This document shows positions 39,940-48,068 of a DNA stretch of 64,000 nt, one piece after another. The translations under genes and the position numbers were made by a program. The stretch's first letter is position 1, and every line of letters begins with the position of its first letter. The DNA comes from Patescibacteria group bacterium (GTDB taxonomy: Bacteria; Patescibacteriota; Patescibacteriia; SG8-24; DYFX01), in NCBI GenBank assembly GCA_041659045.1, contig JBAZZB010000001.1, forward strand, positions 262,111 through 326,110. Direction: 5' to 3'. The notes under the pieces were generated by a model. That model worked only from the letters and a program-made list of their open reading frames with translations. It had not been told where the DNA came from and searched no databases.

Positions 39940-40512
39940 ATGAAAACCGCCAAAAAACGCTGCACCTGGCCGGGCGAGGATCCTCTCATGATTCTGTATC
40001 ATGACACGCAATGGGGCACTCCTGAGCACGACGATAAAAAGCATTACGAAGCTTTTATCTTGGACGCGAATCAGGCCGGACTTTCTTGGCGTACGATTCT
40101 CTACAAGCGCGAGAATTTTCGAAAAGCCTTTGCGAATTTTGATTTCAACAAAGTCGCCAAGTTCACGAAAAAGGATTTCAACCGGCTGATGAATGATGCT
40201 GGCATCATCCGCAACCGCATGAAGGTCGAAGCCTCGATCGTAAACGCGCGGAAGTTTTTGGAGATTCGAAAAGAGTTCGGCACGTTCGACAAATATGTTT
40301 GGAGCTTCGTTGGCGGCAAGCCGATCAAGAACGCCCATAAAAAAAGCAGCGACATCGGCGCGACGTCGAAAGAATCCGACGCGATGAGTAAGGATCTCAA
40401 AAAGAGGGGATTCAAGTTCGTTGGTTCGACCATTTGCTACGCCTACATGCAGGGAGTTGGCATGGTGAACGACCATCTAACGACGTGTTTTTGCTATAAC
40501 AAGAAATCATGA
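39940..40512 (+). CDS. tag: DNA-3-methyladenine glycosylase I
   Basis: RCTW, YHDTQWG, QAGLSW, IIRNRMK, FKFVGSTI and VNDH motifs. Confidence 0.95.
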   Translation: MKTAKKRCTWPGEDPLMILYHDTQWGTPEHDDKKHYEAFILDANQAGLSWRTILYKRENFRKAFANFDFNKVAKFTKKDFNRLMNDAGIIRNRMKVEASIVNARKFLEIRKEFGTFDKYVWSFVGGKPIKNAHKKSSDIGATSKESDAMSKDLKKRGFKFVGSTICYAYMQGVGMVNDHLTTCFCYNKKS

Positions 40513-40976
40513 AACTCAACTACGTCATTATCCCAATCGTGACCGTACTTACAGCGGTCATTGGCTCCCAGTTCACGTCTTCCGGTCTTGGAAGCTGGTA
40601 TCGTTCGATCAACCTGCCCGCGTGGACGCCGCCAGGTAGCGTCATCGGACTCGTCTGGACAACGATCTTCACGCTTTCAACGATCGCCGCGCTTATCCTT
40701 TGGAACACGCCGAGCGCCAAAGCCAAGCTCCCGTTATTTGCCGGTATCTTTCTTCTGAACGCCGTTTTGAACGTCCTTTGGAGCTATCTTTTCTTCTCGC
40801 AACACCAAATCGGCGCGGCGATTTTTGAAGCGATCCTTCTCGACCTCACAGTTATCGCGCTCATTGTCCTCGCCTGGCCGATCTCGCGCCTCGCTTCGGC
40901 GCTCCTCATGCCCTACGCCGCCTGGGTCGCCTTCGCGTCGTATCTGACCTACTCCGTTTGGAAGTTGAACCGCTAA
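40509..40976 (+). CDS. tspO: TspO/MBR family protein
   Basis: WY..I..P.WTPP, LNVLWSYLFF and PYAAWVAFA motifs. Confidence 0.9.
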   Translation: MKLNYVIIPIVTVLTAVIGSQFTSSGLGSWYRSINLPAWTPPGSVIGLVWTTIFTLSTIAALILWNTPSAKAKLPLFAGIFLLNAVLNVLWSYLFFSQHQIGAAIFEAILLDLTVIALIVLAWPISRLASALLMPYAAWVAFASYLTYSVWKLNR

Positions 40977-41019
40977 ACCTCTTGCATAAGAAATAGCACT
41001 TCTGTTAGGACCTTTGGGT

Positions 41020-41091
41020 GGGGAGGGTGGATGGTCCACAAGCGTGGCTTGACATCACGCTCCGGGGGTTCAATACCCCTCCTCTCCACCA
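41020..41091 (+). tRNA. Non-canonical tRNA-like gene: Ala-type acceptor (G3.U70, A73), anticodon UGA, encoded CCA
   Basis: Acceptor GGGGAGG/CCTCTCC-A-CCA; D GTGG-ATGGT-CCAC; anticodon (A)GCGTGG-CTTGACA-TCACGC(T); T arm GGGGG-TTCAATA-CCCCT. Confidence 0.8.
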
Positions 41092-41098
41092 CGGGTGA

Positions 41099-41128
41099 TT
41101 GACAAATGTGTCTCTGCCGGTGTATATT
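41099..41128 (+). promoter_or_regulatory. sigma70 promoter of a putative small RNA
   Basis: TTGACA-18 nt-TATATT. Confidence 0.7.
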
Positions 41129-41134
41129 CACCAC

Positions 41135-41196
41135 GTCAAGCCACGCAAACGGTCCATCCATGGAACGAACAAAAACTCCCTTTCCGGGGAGTTTTT
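41135..41196 (+). ncRNA. Putative antisense sRNA to the tRNA-like gene
   Basis: Bounded by a promoter and a terminator; 41135-41146 is the exact reverse complement of 41042-41053. Confidence 0.6.
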
Positions 41197-41204
41197 GCTA
41201 TGAT
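41171..41204 (+). terminator. Terminator fused to the extended -10 of the pirin gene
   Basis: AAAAACTCCC/GGGAGTTTTT followed by TGC TATGAT. Confidence 0.75.
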
Positions 41205-41210
41205 AAGACT

Positions 41211-41909
41211 ATGAATCTCCTCATCCGTCGCGCCCACGAACGCGGAAGCTTCAAAAACCGCTGGCTCGACACGCACTATACGTTTTCGTTTGCCGATTAT
41301 TTCGATGAAGCCTGGATGGGCTTCAAGACGCTTCGCGTGATGAACGAAGATCGCGTCGCGCCCGGCAAGGGCTTCGACCTCCACGGCCACCGCGACATGG
41401 AGATCCTGACCTACGTCATGCAAGGCTCGCTCCGGCATACCGACACGATGGGCAACAACGAAGTGATCAACGCCGGCGAATTCCAACGCATGACCGCCGG
41501 CAGCGGCGTGCAGCACATGGAACTCAACGCCTCGCAAACGGAAGAGTGCCATCTTTACCAGATCTGGATTCTTCCGCGCGAGCAAAACCTTCCTCCAAGC
41601 TATGAAACGTTTGTCATCCCGAGCGCAGTCGAGGGATCTGTTCGTTCGAAAATACTTATCGCTTCTCCCGACGGTCATGACGGAAGCCTCACCATCCACC
41701 AAGACGCCGAAGTCTGGCTCCAGCGCCTCGCAAAAGGGGAGCAGGCCACGATCGCGCCAGCGGAGGGAAAGGCGGCCTGGATCCAAATCGTTTCAGGCAA
41801 AATTACGACAGCTGCGGAAACGCTGGAAACCGGCGATGGCGCCGCCACAGACGAAACCGTCACCCTGCAAGCCGTTTCAGATACGGAATGCATCGTGTTT
41901 TACGTGTAA
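41211..41909 (+). CDS. Pirin family (YhhW-like) protein
   Basis: FSFADY, LRVMNED, HGHRDMEI, MTAGSGVQH and QIWI motifs. Confidence 0.93.
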   Translation: MNLLIRRAHERGSFKNRWLDTHYTFSFADYFDEAWMGFKTLRVMNEDRVAPGKGFDLHGHRDMEILTYVMQGSLRHTDTMGNNEVINAGEFQRMTAGSGVQHMELNASQTEECHLYQIWILPREQNLPPSYETFVIPSAVEGSVRSKILIASPDGHDGSLTIHQDAEVWLQRLAKGEQATIAPAEGKAAWIQIVSGKITTAAETLETGDGAATDETVTLQAVSDTECIVFYV

Positions 41910-42009
41910 GTACGACCCCCTGCCATGCACCGCATGGTGCAGGGCTCTTGCATGAAAAACACGGGTTCTGCTAGGACCCCAGCATCGCTTTTATTCTTAT
42001 CGCGATGCT

Positions 42010-42153
42010 ATGCAAGAGTCAGCTTCCGGTACGGCGGTTGCGGAAAAGTCCTGTCCGAAGTGTGCGGGGAAACTCGTCCAGCGCAAGAGCAAGTTCGGCG
42101 CGTTCACTGGCTGTGGGAACTACCCGCAGTGCAAGCATATTGAGAGGAAATAA
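42010..42153 (+). CDS. Stand-alone topoisomerase C4 zinc-finger protein (47 aa, not in ORF track)
   Basis: CPKCAGKLVQRKSKFGAFTGCGNYPQC, translated by hand. Confidence 0.8.
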   Translation: MQESASGTAVAEKSCPKCAGKLVQRKSKFGAFTGCGNYPQCKHIERK

Positions 42154-42176
42154 AGATCCAAAAAGAAAACCGGGCT

Positions 42177-42470
42177 TCAAGCCCGGTTTTCGATTGATGT
42201 CAGACGTTCTTCAAATCGCTCATGCGCGGCTCGGTTTGCGACAAGCTCTTGATCGAAACGGATCTGGTTCTGAGCAAACCCATCGACAGCGGTCGTAAGG
42301 TCGTCAATTTTTTGATTGAGTCGTGCATCCACCGCACCAATCTTGGTGTCCAGTCTCGTTTCTACGCCGTCAATCTTTCTGTCTACGGCATCGATCTTCG
42401 CGTCCAATAAACCGAAACCGTCTTTTACGGCTTCCAAAACATCCCCAATGGTAGGCTCTTTTTCCTGCAT
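42177..42470 (-). CDS. Coiled-coil protein with KID-type repeats
   Basis: LDAKIDAVDRKIDGVETRLDTKI; bidirectional hairpin at 42165-42191. Confidence 0.65.
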   Translation of the reverse strand: MQEKEPTIGDVLEAVKDGFGLLDAKIDAVDRKIDGVETRLDTKIGAVDARLNQKIDDLTTAVDGFAQNQIRFDQELVANRAAHERFEERLTSIENRA

Positions 42471-42547
42471 GATAGCGTGTTAAACTAAGTGTACCACGGC
42501 CTACCAAAGGTTCGCTTCGGCTGTCAACGCCTAAAACCACGATCGTT

Positions 42548-42907
42548 ATGAAAATGAAAACCTACGCGTCCATCGACGCCGTCATCAAGGGCGCGCCGAA
42601 AGAGATGCAGCCAATTTTAAGAAAACTTCGCGCGACGATCCGCAAGGCGGTTCCGAAAGCGGAAGAATCGATCCGCTACGGCATGCCGGTCTTCCGACTG
42701 AATGGCAGGAACCTCGTCTACTTCATGTTCTTCAAAGAGCACATCGGCTTCTTCGCCGGCCGCGCCGGCATTGAAGCGGATGTCAAAGCCGCCAAGCCAT
42801 ACATCACAGGAAAAAGCACGCTGCGTTTCGAGATCGATAAACCGATTCCGTACGCCCTTGTTACGAAGATCACAAAACTTCGCGTAAAAGAGGTTTTGAA
42901 GAAGTAG
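42548..42907 (+). CDS. DUF1801 (YdhG-like) protein
   Basis: LRATIRKAVP.AEESIRYGMP, KEHIGF and KSTLRF motifs. Confidence 0.85.
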   Translation: MKMKTYASIDAVIKGAPKEMQPILRKLRATIRKAVPKAEESIRYGMPVFRLNGRNLVYFMFFKEHIGFFAGRAGIEADVKAAKPYITGKSTLRFEIDKPIPYALVTKITKLRVKEVLKK

Positions 42908-42909
42908 TT

Positions 42910-43035
42910 ATGCGCGACAAGCTTTCCAAAATCCTCGTCCTCGCGGCCGCCGTCTTTCTCGTGCAATACGTCTACCCCGGCGTCCTTCAGGGCGCGATTG
43001 CTCTGGCAGGGGTGGAAGTCGTCGTAGGGGAGTAA
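42910..43035 (+). CDS. Small membrane protein (41 aa)
   Basis: MRDKLSKILVLAAAVFLVQYVYPG..., starts 2 nt after the upstream stop. Confidence 0.45.
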   Translation: MRDKLSKILVLAAAVFLVQYVYPGVLQGAIALAGVEVVVGE

Positions 43036-43072
43036 GCCGTTACCTTTCCACTCCCGTTGCGTAGGAGTTGAT

Positions 43073-43159
43073 ATGAAACGCAACACCAAAATCCTCCTCC
43101 TCGCCGGCACGGCTGCAAAAAGCCTTGTTCTGGCGTTTACGATGCTAGTTCTCAACTGA
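43073..43159 (+). CDS. Small hydrophobic peptide (28 aa)
   Basis: AGGAG SD; MKRNTKILLLAGTAAKSLVLAFTMLVLN. Confidence 0.35.
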   Translation: MKRNTKILLLAGTAAKSLVLAFTMLVLN

Positions 43160-43225
43160 GAAACCGGTATTTTGATGACCTGAAAGGGCACCCAAAACGG
43201 GTGTTTTTTGTGGTATTCTGGGGTT

Positions 43226-43513
43226 ATGAAAAAAGCGCGGACGGCCAAAGAGGCCAAGGAACTCGCACAAATCCCCAACATCGGCCCCGCGATGGTCAAA
43301 GATTTTGTGTTGCTTGGCATTCGGACGCCGGAGGATTTGAAGAAACAGGACGCCTTCAAGCTCTATCAAAAACTCTGTAAGAAAACTGGCGTGAGGCACG
43401 ATCCGTGCGTGCTGGATACGTTTCTTGCGGCGGTGGATTTTATGAATGGGGCACCGGCGAGGGCGTGGTGGGAGTATACGGAGGGGAGGAAGGGGAGATA
43501 TTCGTGGTTTTAA
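43226..43513 (+). CDS. Helix-hairpin-helix Cdd1-like protein
   Basis: IPNIGPAM..DF..LGI, HDPCVLDTF and WWEYT motifs. Confidence 0.82.
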   Translation: MKKARTAKEAKELAQIPNIGPAMVKDFVLLGIRTPEDLKKQDAFKLYQKLCKKTGVRHDPCVLDTFLAAVDFMNGAPARAWWEYTEGRKGRYSWF

Positions 43514-43610
43514 AAGTTACTCTTGTCGGGCCAGCTGGCACCTTTTAGTACGAATTGACAAATTATAGATATGTGGATAAACTCTGAATATAGATATATG
43601 AATTCAGGGT

Positions 43611-44747
43611 ATGAATCCTAAGTTTAAGGCTGGAACGTGGCGCCAGCAGGATGGATACAAGTCCTTCCTGCCCGAGACCATCAACAAGCCGTTCACCTGG
43701 TCCGATCCAAAAATTGACGTTCTTCTTGCTGACGCCATGCGGTATCTCGGCGAGCTTAACGCATACTCAAAGCTGATCCCGGACGTCGATTTCTTTATTA
43801 AGATGCACGTCGTAAAAGAAGCGACAGTTTCAAGTCGGATCGAGGGTACCAAGACAAATATTGATGAGGCACTCTTGGCGAGGGAGGAAGTCACTCCTGA
43901 ACAGCGAGACGATTGGAATGAAATTCAACAGTACATCGCGGCGATGAACCACAGTATCGCCGAGCTTGAGCGTCTCCCGCTTTCGATGCGCCTTGTGAAA
44001 GAGGCGCACAAAAAAATTCTCGATGGGGTGCGCGGATATAGCAAGCTTCCCGGTGAAATCCGTCGGAGTCAGAACTGGATCGGTGGTTCGTCACTTGCCG
44101 ATGCGCGCTTCATTCCACCCCATCACACGGACATTCCAGAACTGCTCGGCGATCTTGAGTTGCTCTGGCACAACAATAACCTCTCGATCCCTGCCCTCAT
44201 TAATGTTGCGCTAACGCACTATCAGTTCGAAACGATTCACCCATTTCTTGATGGTAACGGCCGTGTCGGACGTCTTTTGATTACGCTTCAGCTCGTCAGT
44301 GACAGAATCCTCACCAGGCCGACACTTTACCTTTCGGCCTTTTTCGAAGCGCACAAGGATGAGTATTACGATCGGCTGATGGCTGTCCGTTTGAAGAGCG
44401 AAATTGAGCCATGGATCGCCTTTTTTCTTTCTGGTGTTGGCGAAACAGCGCGTTCTGGTCGGGACACGTTTCAGAAGATCATTGATCTGCGCGCACGCTA
44501 TGAACAGATGATCGAGGACGGTATTGGACCACGTCGGCAAAAAACTGCCAAAACCATGCTACGCGAGCTCTTCTCAAGGCCCATCGTTTCAGTGAAGAGT
44601 TTGGCTGAAATGGGGAACGTCACGTTTCAGTCTGCTAATGAGGCGGCAAAAGATTTTCTCCGACTCGGCCTCTTCAAAGAAACGACCGGGTTCTCCAAGA
44701 ACCGCATCTTTGTACTTGAGGAGTACCTTAATCTCTTCACTCAGTAA
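43611..44747 (+). CDS. Fic family protein with N-terminal Fic_N and C-terminal HTH
   Basis: [12 protein letters not shown] and [12 protein letters not shown] motifs. Confidence 0.93.
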   Translation: MNPKFKAGTWRQQDGYKSFLPETINKPFTWSDPKIDVLLADAMRYLGELNAYSKLIPDVDFFIKMHVVKEATVSSRIEGTKTNIDEALLAREEVTPEQRDDWNEIQQYIAAMNHSIAELERLPLSMRLVKEAHKKILDGVRGYSKLPGEIRRSQNWIGGSSLADARFIPPHHTDIPELLGDLELLWHNNNLSIPALINVALTHYQFETIHPFLDGNGRVGRLLITLQLVSDRILTRPTLYLSAFFEAHKDEYYDRLMAVRLKSEIEPWIAFFLSGVGETARSGRDTFQKIIDLRARYEQMIEDGIGPRRQKTAKTMLRELFSRPIVSVKSLAEMGNVTFQSANEAAKDFLRLGLFKETTGFSKNRIFVLEEYLNLFTQ

Positions 44748-44757
44748 CCCGATCTCT

Positions 44758-46761
44758 ATGGTTGAAAAAGTCGTCAACAAATCAGGGCTTGTATGGCAGA
44801 TCGCGGAATTGCTGCGTGGCAGCTGGAAAGCACACGAGTATCAAGACGTGATCCTTCCACTCGTCGTTCTAAAGCGGCTTGATTCGGTTTTGGCGCCGAC
44901 GAAGGAGAAGGTTCTGGCCAAGAAACACGACATGCCGGGCGGGATCGATCCCGACCCAATCTTGAAAGCGACTTCTAAGGTTGGCTTCTACAATATTTCG
45001 CCATACGATTTCTCAAAACTGCTTGAAGAGCCGAACCAGGCACCGAAAAACTTTCGAAACTACCTTAAAGGATTCAGCCCCAATATTCGTGATATCTTTG
45101 AGAAGTTTGATTTCGACCGTCAGCTTGAGCGCCTCGAAGGTGGCAATCTGCTTTACATGATTCTTAAGGAGCTAGAGAAAGTAGATTTGAGTCCTGAGCA
45201 CATGGACAACCATGAGATGGGGTCTTTGTTCGAGAGCTTGATTCAACGGTTCTCTGAGCAGTCAAACGAGACTGCGGGTGAACACTACACCCCGCGCGAG
45301 GTCATCAAGCTCATGGCTGAACTCGTGCTTTCGCCAGATCACGACAAGCTCAAAAAGAAACACGTCATCAAGACTGTCTACGACTGCGCTTGCGGTACCG
45401 GAGGCATGCTTTCGGTTGCCAAGGATCGTGTTTTGGAGATGAACCCGGAAGCCGATATCTACCTGTTTGGCCAGGAGCTCAATCCAGCGACATACGCCAT
45501 CTGCAAGTCTGACATGCTTATCAAGGGTGAGGATCCGGAGCATATCCGCGGCGGTGAAAAAGATCATTCAAAGGCCAGCACGCTCGCAAACGATCAGTTT
45601 TTTGGCGAGACGTTTGATTACATGTTGACAAACCCACCATTTGGCGTCGATTGGAAAAAGGACAGGGAGGCGGTTGAACGCGAGCATGACCGCGGTTATG
45701 CGGGTCGATTCGGCGCTGGTCTGCCTCGAATTTCTGATGGACAACTCCTGTTCCTCCAGCACTTGATCTTCAAGATGCGCCCGGTGCGGGATGGGGGATC
45801 ACGCATCGGCATTGTGTTCAATGGCTCGCCGCTCTTTACGGGCGACGCTGGTTCCGGTGAAAGCGAGATCCGACGCTGGATTTTGGAGAGTGACTGGCTT
45901 GAAGCGATCGTAGCCATGCCCGATCAGCTGTTTTTCAACACGGGCATCTATACCTATATCTGGATCCTCTCGAACCGTAAGGAAGAGTCTCGTAAAGGAA
46001 AGGTGCAACTGATTGATGCACGTAGCTTTTATAAAAAGATGTCGAAGAGTTTGGGTAATAAACGCCACTTCATCTCTGACGAAGATCGCGCTCGCATCTC
46101 GCGTCTCTTCGACGCCCCCAAGGACAGTGAAAAATCGAAGTTTTTTGCGACGACAGATTTCGCTTATCGCCAAATCACAGTGGAGCGTCCGCTCCGACTT
46201 AACTTCCAGGCGAGTACGGAGCGTTTGGCGCGGCTTGGGACGAACGACAAATTCCTAGAGACCAAACCCAACAAAAAAGGCGATGCGTATGATCCTGAAA
46301 AGATCCTGTCTGCGCTCGCAAAGTTTGGCGACAAGCTCTATAAAAATCGCGAGACGTTTTTGGAAGACCTTGGAAAAGTCTTAGAAAAATCTGGAGCGGC
46401 CGTACCAGCACCGATCTACAAGATCATTTGGCAAGAACTCTCGGAACGCGATGAGACAGCTGATGTCTGCATGGACAACGGCCGCGTTGAATACGATTCA
46501 GAATTGCGCGATACGGAAAACGTGCCTTGGGGTAGGGACGTACGGGACTACTTCAAAAAAGAAGTCCTGCCTTACGCGCCAGACGCCGTTCTCAATAGTC
46601 TTGTGGTTGATCATAAGGATCAAGAGGTCGGTAAGGTTGGTTACGAGATTCCCTTTACGCGGCACTTCTTCACCTATGAACCGCCTCGGCCCGTCGAAAC
46701 GATTGAGAGCGAAATACTGACAATCGAAAAGGAACTTCTCGAATTGCTCAAAAAGTTCTGA
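44758..46761 (+). CDS. hsdM: Type I R-M methyltransferase subunit
   Basis: GEHYTPREV, YDCACGTGGML, NPPF and GYEIPF motifs. Confidence 0.95.
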   Translation: MVEKVVNKSGLVWQIAELLRGSWKAHEYQDVILPLVVLKRLDSVLAPTKEKVLAKKHDMPGGIDPDPILKATSKVGFYNISPYDFSKLLEEPNQAPKNFRNYLKGFSPNIRDIFEKFDFDRQLERLEGGNLLYMILKELEKVDLSPEHMDNHEMGSLFESLIQRFSEQSNETAGEHYTPREVIKLMAELVLSPDHDKLKKKHVIKTVYDCACGTGGMLSVAKDRVLEMNPEADIYLFGQELNPATYAICKSDMLIKGEDPEHIRGGEKDHSKASTLANDQFFGETFDYMLTNPPFGVDWKKDREAVEREHDRGYAGRFGAGLPRISDGQLLFLQHLIFKMRPVRDGGSRIGIVFNGSPLFTGDAGSGESEIRRWILESDWLEAIVAMPDQLFFNTGIYTYIWILSNRKEESRKGKVQLIDARSFYKKMSKSLGNKRHFISDEDRARISRLFDAPKDSEKSKFFATTDFAYRQITVERPLRLNFQASTERLARLGTNDKFLETKPNKKGDAYDPEKILSALAKFGDKLYKNRETFLEDLGKVLEKSGAAVPAPIYKIIWQELSERDETADVCMDNGRVEYDSELRDTENVPWGRDVRDYFKKEVLPYAPDAVLNSLVVDHKDQEVGKVGYEIPFTRHFFTYEPPRPVETIESEILTIEKELLELLKKF

Positions 46762-46762
46762 T

Positions 46763-48067
46763 ATGACGAAGTATCAGACATATTCAAGCATGACTGATTC
46801 TCGTCTTCCGTGGCTTGGGGAGATTCCGAAAGATTGGGGACTAAAAAAAATGAAGTTCATTGCCGAGATTACCCTCGGCAAAATGCTTCAAAACGAGAAT
46901 TCTGGTACCGACGTGAGTAAGCCCTACCTCCGTGCCCAGAATATCCAGTGGTTTACCCCAGACTTAGATGATGTTAGAGAAATGTGGTTCGCAAAATGGG
47001 AACTGCATAAATTAGGATTGAAAAAAGACGATCTTCTCGTAAGCGAAGGTGGAGAAGTCGGTAGAACAGCAATTTGGAATGAGCAATTAAAAGAATGCTT
47101 CTTTCAAAATTCCGTGAATCGAGTGAGGGTTCATTCAAACCAGAGTTCCAAGTTTCACCTCTACTGCTTCTTTGCCCTGGGAAACGCGGGCGCCTTTGAT
47201 GCGATTGTTAGTCGAGTCAGCATTGCGCACCTCACTAGGGAAAAACTCAAAGAAGTACAGGTACCTGTACCCGAACTTTCTTTGCAGGAAAAGATCGTCA
47301 CATTTCTAGATGAAAAGACTGCCATTATCGACAGAGTCATAGCAAAAAAACATCATTTGATTGAGTTACTGAAAGAAAAACGTACAGCGATCATCAATCA
47401 AGCGGTTACGAAAGGGCTTGATCCGAATTCCAAGCTTATTGATTCTGGTGAACCTTGGCTTGGAAAAATCCCGAAAGGATGGGAAACCAGAAAACTAAAG
47501 TTTGCGGCCACTCTCAATAGCGAGGTTCTCTCTGAAAACACTGAGAAAAATTTTCTATTCAAGTACATTGATATCGGCAATGTAGAGCAAGGGTATATTA
47601 GCGAGGAGTTGCCAGAATATTCATTTGTCGAAGCGCCGTCTCGTGCACGACGCCTGGTTAAAAAAGGTGACACAATTTTAGGGACAGTTAGAACATACCT
47701 GAAGGCCGTCGCTCAGATTGAATATTTCGTCGCTGATGCTGTTGTGTCGACAGGCTTCGCGGTCATTCATTCTAAACTTCTAGATGCGAGATATCAGTAC
47801 TATCAATGTTTGTCAGAAAGATTCGTCCAATCAGTTGTTGCCGCCTCAACTGGAGTAAGTTATCCAGCAATTAATCCTACTGACCTCGCGGCGCTGACTG
47901 TCAGTATTCCACCGATGGCCGAACAGCAAAAGATTGCAACTTACCTCGATCAAAAAACGTCCAAAATCAGCGAAATTATTAAGGAAATAGAGAGATCTAT
48001 CCATCTGCTCGTCGAGTACAAATCCTCCCTCATTCATCATGCTGTGACCGGCAAAATTAAAATCTAG
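46763..48067 (+). CDS. hsdS: Type I R-M specificity subunit
   Basis: Two WLG.IP..W / P...EQ..I..LD conserved blocks flanking two TRDs; AT-rich. Confidence 0.93.
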   Translation: MTKYQTYSSMTDSRLPWLGEIPKDWGLKKMKFIAEITLGKMLQNENSGTDVSKPYLRAQNIQWFTPDLDDVREMWFAKWELHKLGLKKDDLLVSEGGEVGRTAIWNEQLKECFFQNSVNRVRVHSNQSSKFHLYCFFALGNAGAFDAIVSRVSIAHLTREKLKEVQVPVPELSLQEKIVTFLDEKTAIIDRVIAKKHHLIELLKEKRTAIINQAVTKGLDPNSKLIDSGEPWLGKIPKGWETRKLKFAATLNSEVLSENTEKNFLFKYIDIGNVEQGYISEELPEYSFVEAPSRARRLVKKGDTILGTVRTYLKAVAQIEYFVADAVVSTGFAVIHSKLLDARYQYYQCLSERFVQSVVAASTGVSYPAINPTDLAALTVSIPPMAEQQKIATYLDQKTSKISEIIKEIERSIHLLVEYKSSLIHHAVTGKIKI

Positions 48068-48068
48068 T

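Noticed and set aside
41048-41054. Opal suppressor or tRNA-Sec
   Set aside because: The anticodon is UGA (reads UCA), not UCA; there is no long variable arm; TGA serves as a stop in core genes
41049-41077. TTGACA in the anticodon loop acting as a -35 box
   Set aside because: No acceptable -10 at 16-18 nt spacing
41020-41196. Split or miniature tmRNA (G3.U70 acceptor plus GCA AAC at 41145)
   Set aside because: No stop codon or AA-ending tag before the terminator, no pseudoknots, a D stem is present, and the gene order is not that of permuted tmRNA
41106-41210. N-terminal extension of the pirin ORF
   Set aside because: It crosses a promoter and a terminator; pirin similarity and a -10 box support ATG 41211
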